A stretch of 56,174 nt of DNA. It comes from an uncultured virus (IMG/VR IMGVR_UViG_3300027906_000005). Taxonomy: Duplodnaviria; Heunggongvirae; Uroviricota; Caudoviricetes. Made by a program: the position numbers and the translations under genes. Positions 1-10,300 of the stretch are shown piece after piece; position 1 is the first letter of the stretch; each line of letters begins with the position of its first letter. Location: IMG/VR virus record IMGVR_UViG_3300027906_000005. One strand, 5' to 3'. The notes beneath the pieces are model-generated. The model searched no databases. It was given only the letters and a program-made list of their open reading frames with translations, and was not told the DNA's origin.

Positions 1-3000
1 CCAAACATCACATTCAGTGGCGGTAGTCCCGATACGGATGCTGTAGCTGCAGCAACACTAGACACTGAACTTGGTCAGGTAGGTACTATAACCTTATCTC
101 AGGGTGGAGAAGGATATACAGCTACACCAACAGTTGTTGTTAATGGTGGTTCTGGATCTGGTGCAACTGCATCACTTACAGTCTTACCTGTTTCTGGTAC
201 TATTACTGCTGCTGGATCTGGATACGTTGCTGGAGAATATGCCAACGTAGCATTTACTGGTGGAACTGGTACAGGTGCATCTGCAACCTTTACTGTAAGA
301 GGACTTTTCGGAAATATTACCGCAGGTACTGGTGGTACTGCTGGTGAATATATGCAGATTAATGTTGTTAATAACAACCCTACTGCTACATGGCCAGTTA
401 CTGTTGTAACCAAACACGAATTAGCATCTACTGTTAGTGGAATCACAGGATCAGTTACCGTTGGTACAACTGCCACAGGTGCAACATCTGGTGCAACTGG
501 TGTTGTAAGTTACGTTGGTGCCGCAGCTGCAGGTACTGATAGTTTCGTTATGTTGAATTCACCTGTCACTGGAACATTCCAAGATAATGAGGTGGTTAAC
601 TTTGCTAGTGGTGGTAGTTTAACTACTGCTGGTACTCCTGCAGACGTTGCAAGATATTTCATTAATACTGGTTCAGGTGCTGTAGAAGCACCAAACCTAA
701 CCATGATTAGAGGTAATACATATCGTTTTGATATGTCTGATGCAACTAATAATGGTCACCCATTCGTTATGGATGGTACATCTCAGGCTGCTACAACTGA
801 ATTCCAAACAGTAACATATGGATCTCCTGGTGTTGCAGGATCTTTTGTAGATATTGTTGTTAAACCTGGAGCAACCATAGGTAACACTGCATATTACGAG
901 TGTTCTACACATGGTCGTAAGATGTCAGCAAACGCATTGATCAATGTTACTGCTGGTGCTGCTGGTGAATATGGACACGGTGCACAACTTGATATCACTG
1001 TTGCAGGTGGTGGAGTTACTATAGCAACCTTCCCAACAGGTATGCAAGGATCTGACTATAAGGTCGGTGACGTTCTTAGAGTAACATCTAATGCTCTTAT
1101 TGGTAATACTTCTGGATTCTTATATACAATTACTGGTAATGATACTGGTGTCTTCAGTGTAACTGATATTCAAGCATCTGGATCTGGATATGCTGTCAGT
1201 GATGTTCTTAGTGCTGATGATGTTAACCTTGGTGATGCTGGTGGATCTGGTTTCCAATACACAGTATCTAAAGTTGGTTATGTTGGTACTGCTGAAATAG
1301 CAACTGGTAATGGTGGTGCTGGATTCTTCAGTGGTCAAACAATAGTATTTGACGACACACAGTTTAGTGGAATGGGTGCTGGTAGTAACTTTGCGATGAC
1401 CGCAAATACTATCATAACAACATCAATTACTACAATTGCTGGTGACGGTTCATTAACATCTGCAAACTACAACTTCTCTGCTGCTGGAAACTTAACAATT
1501 GGTGCTAGTGGTACAACAAGTACTTTATCATCTGACACACTAACTACTGGAACTATTCAAGCAAGTGCTAATCTTACTGCTGTAGGTGGAACATTTAGTG
1601 GAGTCTTAGGTGTTACTGGTATTTCAACATTTACTGGAAATATTGTTTGTAATGGATTAGATAACTTTGTAGAGAATATGAGAGCAGGTATCCAAGCTGG
1701 TACTGCTGCTGCTCCTTCACTATTCCTCGCTGCAGAAAATGATACTGGATTCTATAGATCTGCTGCTGATGAGATAAGCATCTCACATAGCGGAACCCAA
1801 AAGCATGTTATTAAAGCAACTGGTATAGAAACTGCTGGTGATATTATCGCTGACAGTACTATAGGTAATGCTGCTCCATTCTTTAAAGTAGATTCTACTG
1901 CTGAAACTCTTACTGTTGGTAGTGCAAATGCAGGACTTGTACTTAATAACGCTGCTGTACTAACTGCTGATGGTCAAGACGCTAATATTCCTGTCACTAT
2001 CACTCCAAAAGGAACTGGTGATATGGTTATCACTGGTGCAGCTGATAGGGAGTTCCAAGTTAACGATGGTAATGTAGCTAATAAGAAATTCTTTGTTGAT
2101 ACTCAGACTGGTAATGGTGAAGTTGCTGGTACTTTCAAGATTGATGAAAAGCTTAAGTTCCAAGTTAATAGCATTGAGAACGCAGATATTGGAGGAACGA
2201 ATTCCTTCGGTGAAATATTAACAGTTGCAGTCACTGGTTCAGGAACGGGTTACACTGACGGTTCTTATACCGCATGTACTGTCACTGCAACAACTGGAAT
2301 TGGTACTGCTGCAACCTTTGACGTTACTGTCTCTGGTGGTGCTATTACTGCTGCAGTAGTAACCGCTGCTGCTAAGGGTCACAACTATCATATTGGTGAT
2401 GAAATAACATTTAACCCTGCTACGATTGGTGGTGGTTCTGGAAACACTGTTACTATTACTGATACACAAGGTCAAGGTATTGTCCTCAAACCAGGTGGAG
2501 GTAAGAGTGCTTATGTTAAATCAACTGGTTCACTTATTATACCAGCTGGTACTACAAACCAACGTCCACTTGTTAATGATAGAATAGCAGGTGCTATTAG
2601 ATTCAACTCTACACAGTTACAGTTTGAAGGGTTCAACGGAAATGATTTCGTTTCTCTTGGTGGTGTTAGAGACGTTGACCAAGATACTTACATATTAACT
2701 GAGGTTTCACCTAGTTCTGATGAAGATACATTTGAATTCTATGCTGCAGGTATTAATAACCTCTCATTGAATAGCACTACCCTAGCGTTCAAGACGAACA
2801 TGACGGGTACCACATATGCTTCATCTCATTTAGCAACAGTTACTGGTGGATTTACACTCAACGGTACGATATATGATACAAACCCATTAGAGGTTAAAGG
2901 ACAGGGCAATCTTATTGCTGCTGTAAGATCTAAGAAAGACTTTGAAGTTAGTGGTGGATTAAGATTACGTTCTGTACCTGCTCAGGGTGTTGCTGCTACT

Positions 3001-3816
3001 CTTGATGCTGCTACCCTCACACAAGTTGCTACATCATATACTGCATCTACAACATTCACTGCAGTCGCAACACTTGGATCTGTTGAAGGTGTTGGAGCAA
3101 CATTAGACATCGTTACTGACGGTGCTGGAACTGTTACGACAGTTACTATCAACGCTGGTGGTACTCTTTATGAAGCAGCATCTGCTCCTTCCGCTGGAAA
3201 TGGTGAAGTATTGAGAGTATTAGGTACTGCTCTTGGTGGATTAACTCCATCTCAAGACGTAACGATTAGAGTTGATACCATCTCTAGTCCATCTACTCCA
3301 TATGCTCGTAATGATATTCTTCTACAGGATTACCTCACAAGATTAGATTCTAAAGCATTCATTGCTCTAGATTCCAATGCATCTGAGTGTAAGTGGAAGA
3401 TTAATAGAAACTGGCAAGCGGGTGGTGCTGAAAGCTATCTAACAGTATTTGATTCCACAGCAACCTTCATGGAATTAGATTCTGCTAGGGTTGAAGGTGG
3501 TCAAATGACCTCATTCAGTTCAAATGCTTCTATTACAGCATTTGATAAGACTGCATATAAAGGTGCTAAGACCTTAATTACTATTGAAAGTGATGACGGT
3601 AAAGTACAAATGTTTGAGGTTACTGCAATATGTGCTGCTGGTGGAACAGTCGCTCACTGCACAGTTACTAACTCCATCACTTCAGATAATGATCTGATGG
3701 ACGCTACAGTTTCTGTTGCTGCTAACAGCGTGAACATTAGTTTGAACAAGTCTTCTGCTGCTACATCATCCTCGACTTTCACTGGTAGATATACAACTAC
3801 TAAGGTCAAGGTATAA
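1..3816 (+). CDS. Large virion structural (baseplate/fibre-type) protein, 5'-truncated
   Basis: Frame 1 is open from base 1 (PNITFSGGSPDTDAV...) into the listed 352 ATG. Gly/Thr/Ala-rich with repeated GSGY motifs, a cupredoxin-like insert (about 700-930) and a cyanophage-type 'IPAGTTNQRP...IRFN...FEGF...LGGVRDVDQDTYI' segment. Confidence 0.75.
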   Translation, partial: PNITFSGGSPDTDAVAAATLDTELGQVGTITLSQGGEGYTATPTVVVNGGSGSGATASLTVLPVSGTITAAGSGYVAGEYANVAFTGGTGTGASATFTVRGLFGNITAGTGGTAGEYMQINVVNNNPTATWPVTVVTKHELASTVSGITGSVTVGTTATGATSGATGVVSYVGAAAAGTDSFVMLNSPVTGTFQDNEVVNFASGGSLTTAGTPADVARYFINTGSGAVEAPNLTMIRGNTYRFDMSDATNNGHPFVMDGTSQAATTEFQTVTYGSPGVAGSFVDIVVKPGATIGNTAYYECSTHGRKMSANALINVTAGAAGEYGHGAQLDITVAGGGVTIATFPTGMQGSDYKVGDVLRVTSNALIGNTSGFLYTITGNDTGVFSVTDIQASGSGYAVSDVLSADDVNLGDAGGSGFQYTVSKVGYVGTAEIATGNGGAGFFSGQTIVFDDTQFSGMGAGSNFAMTANTIITTSITTIAGDGSLTSANYNFSAAGNLTIGASGTTSTLSSDTLTTGTIQASANLTAVGGTFSGVLGVTGISTFTGNIVCNGLDNFVENMRAGIQAGTAAAPSLFLAAENDTGFYRSAADEISISHSGTQKHVIKATGIETAGDIIADSTIGNAAPFFKVDSTAETLTVGSANAGLVLNNAAVLTADGQDANIPVTITPKGTGDMVITGAADREFQVNDGNVANKKFFVDTQTGNGEVAGTFKIDEKLKFQVNSIENADIGGTNSFGEILTVAVTGSGTGYTDGSYTACTVTATTGIGTAATFDVTVSGGAITAAVVTAAAKGHNYHIGDEITFNPATIGGGSGNTVTITDTQGQGIVLKPGGGKSAYVKSTGSLIIPAGTTNQRPLVNDRIAGAIRFNSTQLQFEGFNGNDFVSLGGVRDVDQDTYILTEVSPSSDEDTFEFYAAGINNLSLNSTTLAFKTNMTGTTYASSHLATVTGGFTLNGTIYDTNPLEVKGQGNLIAAVRSKKDFEVSGGLRLRSVPAQGVAATLDAATLTQVATSYTASTTFTAVATLGSVEGVGATLDIVTDGAGTVTTVTINAGGTLYEAASAPSAGNGEVLRVLGTALGGLTPSQDVTIRVDTISSPSTPYARNDILLQDYLTRLDSKAFIALDSNASECKWKINRNWQAGGAESYLTVFDSTATFMELDSARVEGGQMTSFSSNASITAFDKTAYKGAKTLITIESDDGKVQMFEVTAICAAGGTVAHCTVTNSITSDNDLMDATVSVAANSVNISLNKSSAATSSSTFTGRYTTTKVKV

Positions 3817-3819
3817 ATA
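3812..3819 (+). promoter_or_regulatory. T4-type late promoter TATAAATA
   Basis: Exact gp55 consensus overlapping the upstream stop codon, 22 nt before the ATG at 3842. Confidence 0.75.
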
Positions 3820-3841
3820 ACCCTGAAGGTAATATAGCGTT

Positions 3842-4375
3842 ATGCCAACCAAGAATTTTTCATCAATTGGGGGTTTCTCAGTAGGTTCTACAGAGATCAT
3901 AAACACAGCTTATGAACTCAAGAATATCTCTGCGATTCATATGACCAGCGATAACTTCGCTGATGCTACGCATGATAAGTACCTATGCAAGAGAGTAACC
4001 GACGCTGCTAACAATACGTTGCAGCTAACCTTAGATGGAACTACTGCTCTAGCAACAAACACTCCTGCACTAGCTGCAGATAGGGTTTCTTTTGTTAAGG
4101 CAAGAGTTTTTGGACAGGAAACTTCCAATAATACCTATGTCTATGCAACTACATTTGATATTGTAGTAACTACTGCTAATGATGGTACTCCAACAATAGC
4201 AGCTCAATATGAAAACATAATTAGGAACAATCCACCAGGACAGGAAAATTGGAGTGTAACTCCAGATGCCTTCGTGATTGGAAGTGATCCATTTTTTACT
4301 TTTGAAGTAAAATCAGTGACTACCAACTCCATTGTTAAATGGATTGGCATTTTAGATATCACAGTCGTATCATAA
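3842..4375 (+). CDS. Probable virion structural protein (177 aa)
   Basis: Beta-rich ORF between two structural genes, behind a late promoter. Confidence 0.55.
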   Translation: MPTKNFSSIGGFSVGSTEIINTAYELKNISAIHMTSDNFADATHDKYLCKRVTDAANNTLQLTLDGTTALATNTPALAADRVSFVKARVFGQETSNNTYVYATTFDIVVTTANDGTPTIAAQYENIIRNNPPGQENWSVTPDAFVIGSDPFFTFEVKSVTTNSIVKWIGILDITVVS

Positions 4376-4393
4376 CCACGGTTCAGGAACGAA

Positions 4394-7300
4394 ATGAGTC
4401 TCAAGATTAATTCTGACCAGCAAAGAATACAGGCATCTGGTAGTACCCCCACAGGGAATTGGCAAAATGCCACCTACAGTAGAACTGCTGCAGGGAAAGT
4501 TAATATTCTTTCTGTTGCTCACGGCTTTATTGCCAGCGAGAAGCTATACATTGATTTTACCTCAGGTGGTGAAGTTGATGGAACTTACACTGTAACAAAG
4601 GTAGACGACGATAATCTTGAATTTACTAGTACTAACTTAGGAGTTATAACTGCTGGTAATACTTTAGCATATAAGAGAGTAAGATCTTTAAGTATTCAAG
4701 GTGATGAAACCATAGAAATGTCTGTGGGTGTTGATGCTAATGAGAAGGATGCATTAACTTTAAACATAAATCCTCAAAATAATATTCGCGTTGGTGTTAA
4801 TACTACCGATCCTCAGTATGAATTAGACGTTGAGGGTCAAATCAGAACTACTCGTTCTATCATTTCTGACACTGCACAGGTTGTTAACCTAGACATTCAG
4901 ACTATAATCAACCCTGCGTTGGCTCTTCGTGGTCCGAATCTGATCAACTATGAAGATACAGACGTAACAAGTGATACTTACGGTACCACTTTCTACCCAA
5001 CTGCTGACACCCCACCTCTGACTGATCAGTCAAGGCGTGTCGCAACTACAGATTTCGTTTATAAAGTTGCTACAAATGACACTGGTGGACGTGTATATGT
5101 CTCTCAGACTATTGGTAGTGACCTAAATGATGGTCGTTCTGCTGCAAGACCTGTAAAAACTATTAAGAAAGCAGCACAAATTGCTTACGGTTTACAGAAA
5201 GCTCAACCAGATCCTAGTGATGAGTACGTATCACTGATCGTTTCTGGTGGTGAATACCTAGAAGATAACCCAATTTCACTTCCTAGGAACTGCTCACTGA
5301 TTGGTGACAACCTACGTCGTGTTATTGTTAGACCTCAGAATCAAGATCGTCACATGATCAAAGCGTCTAATGAGACGTATGTGTTTGGTTGTGTATTCAG
5401 AGACGCACTTCAGAACTCTTCAGATCCACAGAGTGCTGTAATTCATACTTGGAAGTATGCATTCGTATTTGACGATAAGCAAAGACTTTACTACGAACCA
5501 GAACTAGGTAATATCCCAGCTGTTCCTGGTGATAAGTTCCGTGGTGATAACCTATTCAATATTACATTTACTAACCATACGGGAGATAATGCTACATTAG
5601 TAGTTGGTTATTTTGTACAAGGTGGATCTTCAGGTACATTAGGTACTATTCAAGAAGTTACATTCACTGGTCCTAGTGGATCTCCATACTCAACTGGTAC
5701 AGCTAAGATTTTAATTACGTCAGGTGTTAATGACGTATTCCAGGATGCAGAGAAATTATTCTATGATGCTGTAGCAGCAAATATTGTTACAGACTTACAG
5801 AACAACCCATCCAATAGATTTGACGTTGCTGACGCTGAATCATTAAGACCAGAATTAGAGACTATCTCTAATCAGATCTATCAGCATACTATTAATTCAG
5901 AAAGAGAAGTATTATCTTTCCCTGCTGATGCTACTAAGGTTAATCTAACTACAGATCGTATTACGATTACTGGTCATTCTCTTAGCACTGGTCAACAGGC
6001 TTACTATCAGAAAGATGAGGCTACTGTATTAGCAGGTCTTACTGATAACACTGCTTACTATGTAAGAGCAGTTGATGCCAATACAATTGAATTGTATGAT
6101 ACCTGGACCAATGCTACAACAAGCACTGCGACCACAGGTAGGAAAGATATTACTGCAGTATCTGCGGATACTAAACTTCATAAGTTGACTACTGGCCCAA
6201 TTATGCCAGAGTCTAATAACCTTTATCAACCTGCACACCAGTATGCTACTGGTGATGGTATCATCTATCGCGCAAGCAAGATGGGCGGTATTGCAGGTCT
6301 AGTTGATGGAACTACATATTACGTTTATAAGGAGAACACTAGCTGGTTCAGATTAGCAGCATCTGCCGCTAATGCTGTACAGAAAGCAGCTGATGGAGTT
6401 ACTGATAACCCTATAACTCTTGATATCACTGGTACAGGACTTGGTTATCAAAGATTTGAAATAGCAAATAGACTGTTAACAGTTAACACTATTGATACAT
6501 CATTAGCTACACAGCAAACCTATCTTGGTCCTAAGTTTACTTTAACTGGAACTAACTACCACGATTATGAGGTAGGTCAAGAGATTCTATTATATGGTTT
6601 CCAAAGTTCTGCTATTGCCTTTGGTTCATCGACTAATACATCTTGGTCGTTAGCAAGTGGTGAAGTTACAGTTACTATAACCACAGTTGACAATACAATC
6701 ACTACTGGATTGTTCAGTAACTGGATGTCACTTGGAGAATGTGGACTTAAGTTCAACTTTAGTGGAGCTGGATCTGAAGCATTAAGTAAGACATATCAAA
6801 TTGATACCTTCTCTTTAGGTGCTGGTGCTCCATCCTTACCTGGCAATACTGCATTGGGTATGGGTGCTGCTAAGTACAATAGTTCTAACTTAACAGTTAC
6901 TTTCGTACTTAAGGTAGCAAATATCCAATCAACAACTAATACTGCAACTGCTAGTGGATCTACAGTTAGTGTCTTAGATAACGTTGAGGATCTAAATGGT
7001 CGTAAGTATATAACTCATCGTATTGAACGTGCTGATGGATATGCATTAGAGTTTGTTGTGAGAGCAGCTGTTAGTGTATTCAACGCTACTCTGAATCCAA
7101 CTGGTACTCAGGCAGTTATCTCATCTAGTAACTATGTTCTAGCATCCTTAAGGAACTCTCCTTATGGATTTGTTAAGATTTCTCAGACTGATCGTTATAG
7201 AGATGGTGCTGAGGCAATTAGACAGAACCAAGAATATATTGCAGAAGAATCATATGGATATGTTAAGTCATTCCAAGAGAACTCTGCTACTAGAACAACT

Positions 7301-10300
7301 AACTTAGTAATTGGACCTACTACGTTCAATGCTGTAAGTGAGACATTTACACATCCACTTAGTACTTGGAGTGTTCAAGATAATCTTCTAACATGTAAGG
7401 TTAATACAGGACACAACTTAACTCCAGATTATGTAAATCATCAACATACCTATAATGGTGGTACAGCATCTAATGCTATAACTATCGTTCAAGGTAGTGT
7501 TAATAAGAACGTAACAGGTGCAACATATGATTCTGTTACAGGTGATCTGGTACTAACAATTGGAGCACATAGTTACACCACTGCTAATACATTAACTATT
7601 GCCAATGGTGCTTTAAGCTTCACATGTTCTAGGGACAATCATAGTACTTCACACACATATCCAAGAGCAACTGACCCTGCTTATGGTGCTACATTAAAGA
7701 TTACTGCGGTGGATGCTGCAGGAACAGTTACTGTTAACGTTGGTGTCGCTGCTGGTATAACCATTGCTGGTAGTTCAAATGCTGGAATTAATGGTAGACA
7801 TGCCGTTCATGAAATATATGATCACAGATCATTTACATTAGATATTGGACTTAACACTATTGCAGATGGTACCAGTGGAACAGATGGTACATTTACTGAT
7901 GTAAGAAAGCCATATAGAACTCCAAATAGTTTCCCAGTAAACAATAAGCAAGCTGATGCTGCTGATTTAATTTCATCTAACGCTGAATTAATTGCTGAGG
8001 TAGCAGTTAAGCGGATGGTTGCTGATACTGGTTATAGTGTACCTACTGGTAATACAGCATGTACTGATGATATTAAAGACTTCCTTCAGAAGTCGCTTTA
8101 CCATAACCTTAAGTGGGGTGGTAATGACAGAGTATATGATGCTGCTAACTATTTCATCACTCAGGTAACTACAAGTAATCAGAGCAAGTATATAGCTGCA
8201 TTCAACTATGCAAGAGATTATGCGAATAAGGTTATACGTAATCTACCTATTCTCAGAAATCCACATAGTACTATACTTCAGAAATATAATACAACTATCA
8301 CTTTAGATAGAGGTACTTATGGAACTGTTCCTAACTTAACTCAGGATGCTGCGAATCTACTGAATACTAATAATTCATTCATTGCTGGAGAAGCAGTTGA
8401 AAGATATATCGCAAGTCTAACTGATGTTCCTGTTGAAACAGTTGCTGGCAATGATATTACAATCAATGCACTGAACGGAACTACTCCAACAAACACAACT
8501 GCACATACTTATCAAGGAGTATCCACTTATCAGTTCACTCCAACTAATGCTGTATATAATCCTTTAACGGGTTATATGGTATTGACCATTGCAAGTCACC
8601 CATTCGTAGATGGAGATAGACTCCAGATTGCTGCAAATGGATTATCATTCACTTGTGATTTAGATGGAGATACTGCTACTAAGACATACCCTCGTTCAAC
8701 TGACCCATACTATAATAAGTGGGTTGGTGTACAAAAGATAGATGCTAATAATGTTAAAGTTAATGTTGGTAAAGCAAAGACTGATGTTACTGAACATGCT
8801 TTTGTTTCTGCAGTTACTAACTGTGTAACTAGAGCAGTTGTTTATAATGACGTTGGTTATACAAAACATACTGTAACTGGAGCAACATACGAACCAGTAA
8901 CAGGTGTACTAACACTTACAATCCCTAACCACGGATTTACACAGGGTGAAAAGGTTCAGGTCGCTCAAGATTCATTGACCTTTACTTGTGCAATGGATGA
9001 TAATTTCTCCAAGCACACGTATCCTAGATCAACTGATCCAGCAATTAATGTTTGGAAGAGTGTTACTAATGTTACACAGAGTACTTTCGATATTAATGTA
9101 GGTACTGCAGCTCCTGTAACATTCACTCCTACAAACGCTGTATATGCTCCTACAACAGGTCTGGTCGAAGTTACTATAGGTAATCATTCACTTAAGGCTC
9201 CTACCTCTCATACTATAACTGGTGCAACAATTGATGTTGCTACTGGTATAGTGACTGCGACCATTACTGGTCATGGATTCCAAGAGGGGGATAAGATCAA
9301 CGTTGCTCAAGGCTCTCTCAAGATGAGCTGTGGATACGGCGGTGGTGGTAACGAAGATTATCCAAAAGCAGGTCAATATGCAGACGGCAAGTGGTTAAAC
9401 ATCTGGGATGTTACCGCAAACACATTCAAGTTTGATTGTACTGGTGGTGTCGCACTAACAATATCTGACGCACATACATTCGTATCTGCTGTTGCTAATG
9501 GTCTTAAGCACGTTAAGGAAAACGTAAAACTTACTACAGGTGCAATTACATTCAAGTGTGCTGAGGATGGTGGATCTACAGAACATGCTTATCCAAGAGC
9601 AGTAGTTGATTCACATACTGCTGGTGCTGGTACAACATATAACCCAACAACGGGTATTATGAAGATCACCACAACCGCAGCTCATGGAATGAGAAACGGT
9701 GACTGGGTTAAACTAGCAGAAGGTTCACTTAAGTTTAGTTGTGCATTTGGTGGTGCTTCAGGTGCCGCTGCTGAGAAGACTTATCCTCGTGCATCTGATC
9801 CAGTTTACAATCAGTGGCAGAAGGTGAGGAATGTAACCTCAACTACGTTTGAACTTCAAGTTCTAGATACACTCCCTTCAACTAACACTGACACACATAC
9901 ATTTGTATCTGCATCTGCTAATGGTATTCAGCAGAAACGTGACAAGTCTTACAATACTTCAGTTCCTATCGTAGCAACAACTGGAACTACAGTTACTCTT
10001 GACGTTGGTATTTCTTCTAATACTACTGCTCATACTTATCAGTCTGCACTGAATAACTCAGTAATTACAGGTGGTAACTATGCTCACACGTTCGTTTCAG
10101 CAACTAGCAATGGTATTAAGAGATCAACCTCTTCTACTATTAACAACTATGCTCCTTCTGCAGGAACATACAACGCAACAACAGGTGCATTAACTCTTAC
10201 TATAGGAGCCAATGAACTTACTGCCCCAACAACGCACACTCCAACTAACGGCGCGTACAATCCGAGCACTGGTATTCTTACAGTTACTATTAATAGCCAT

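Noticed and set aside
352..354. ATG at 352 as the start of the first gene
   Set aside because: The frame is open from base 1 with the same composition, so the true start lies upstream of the window.
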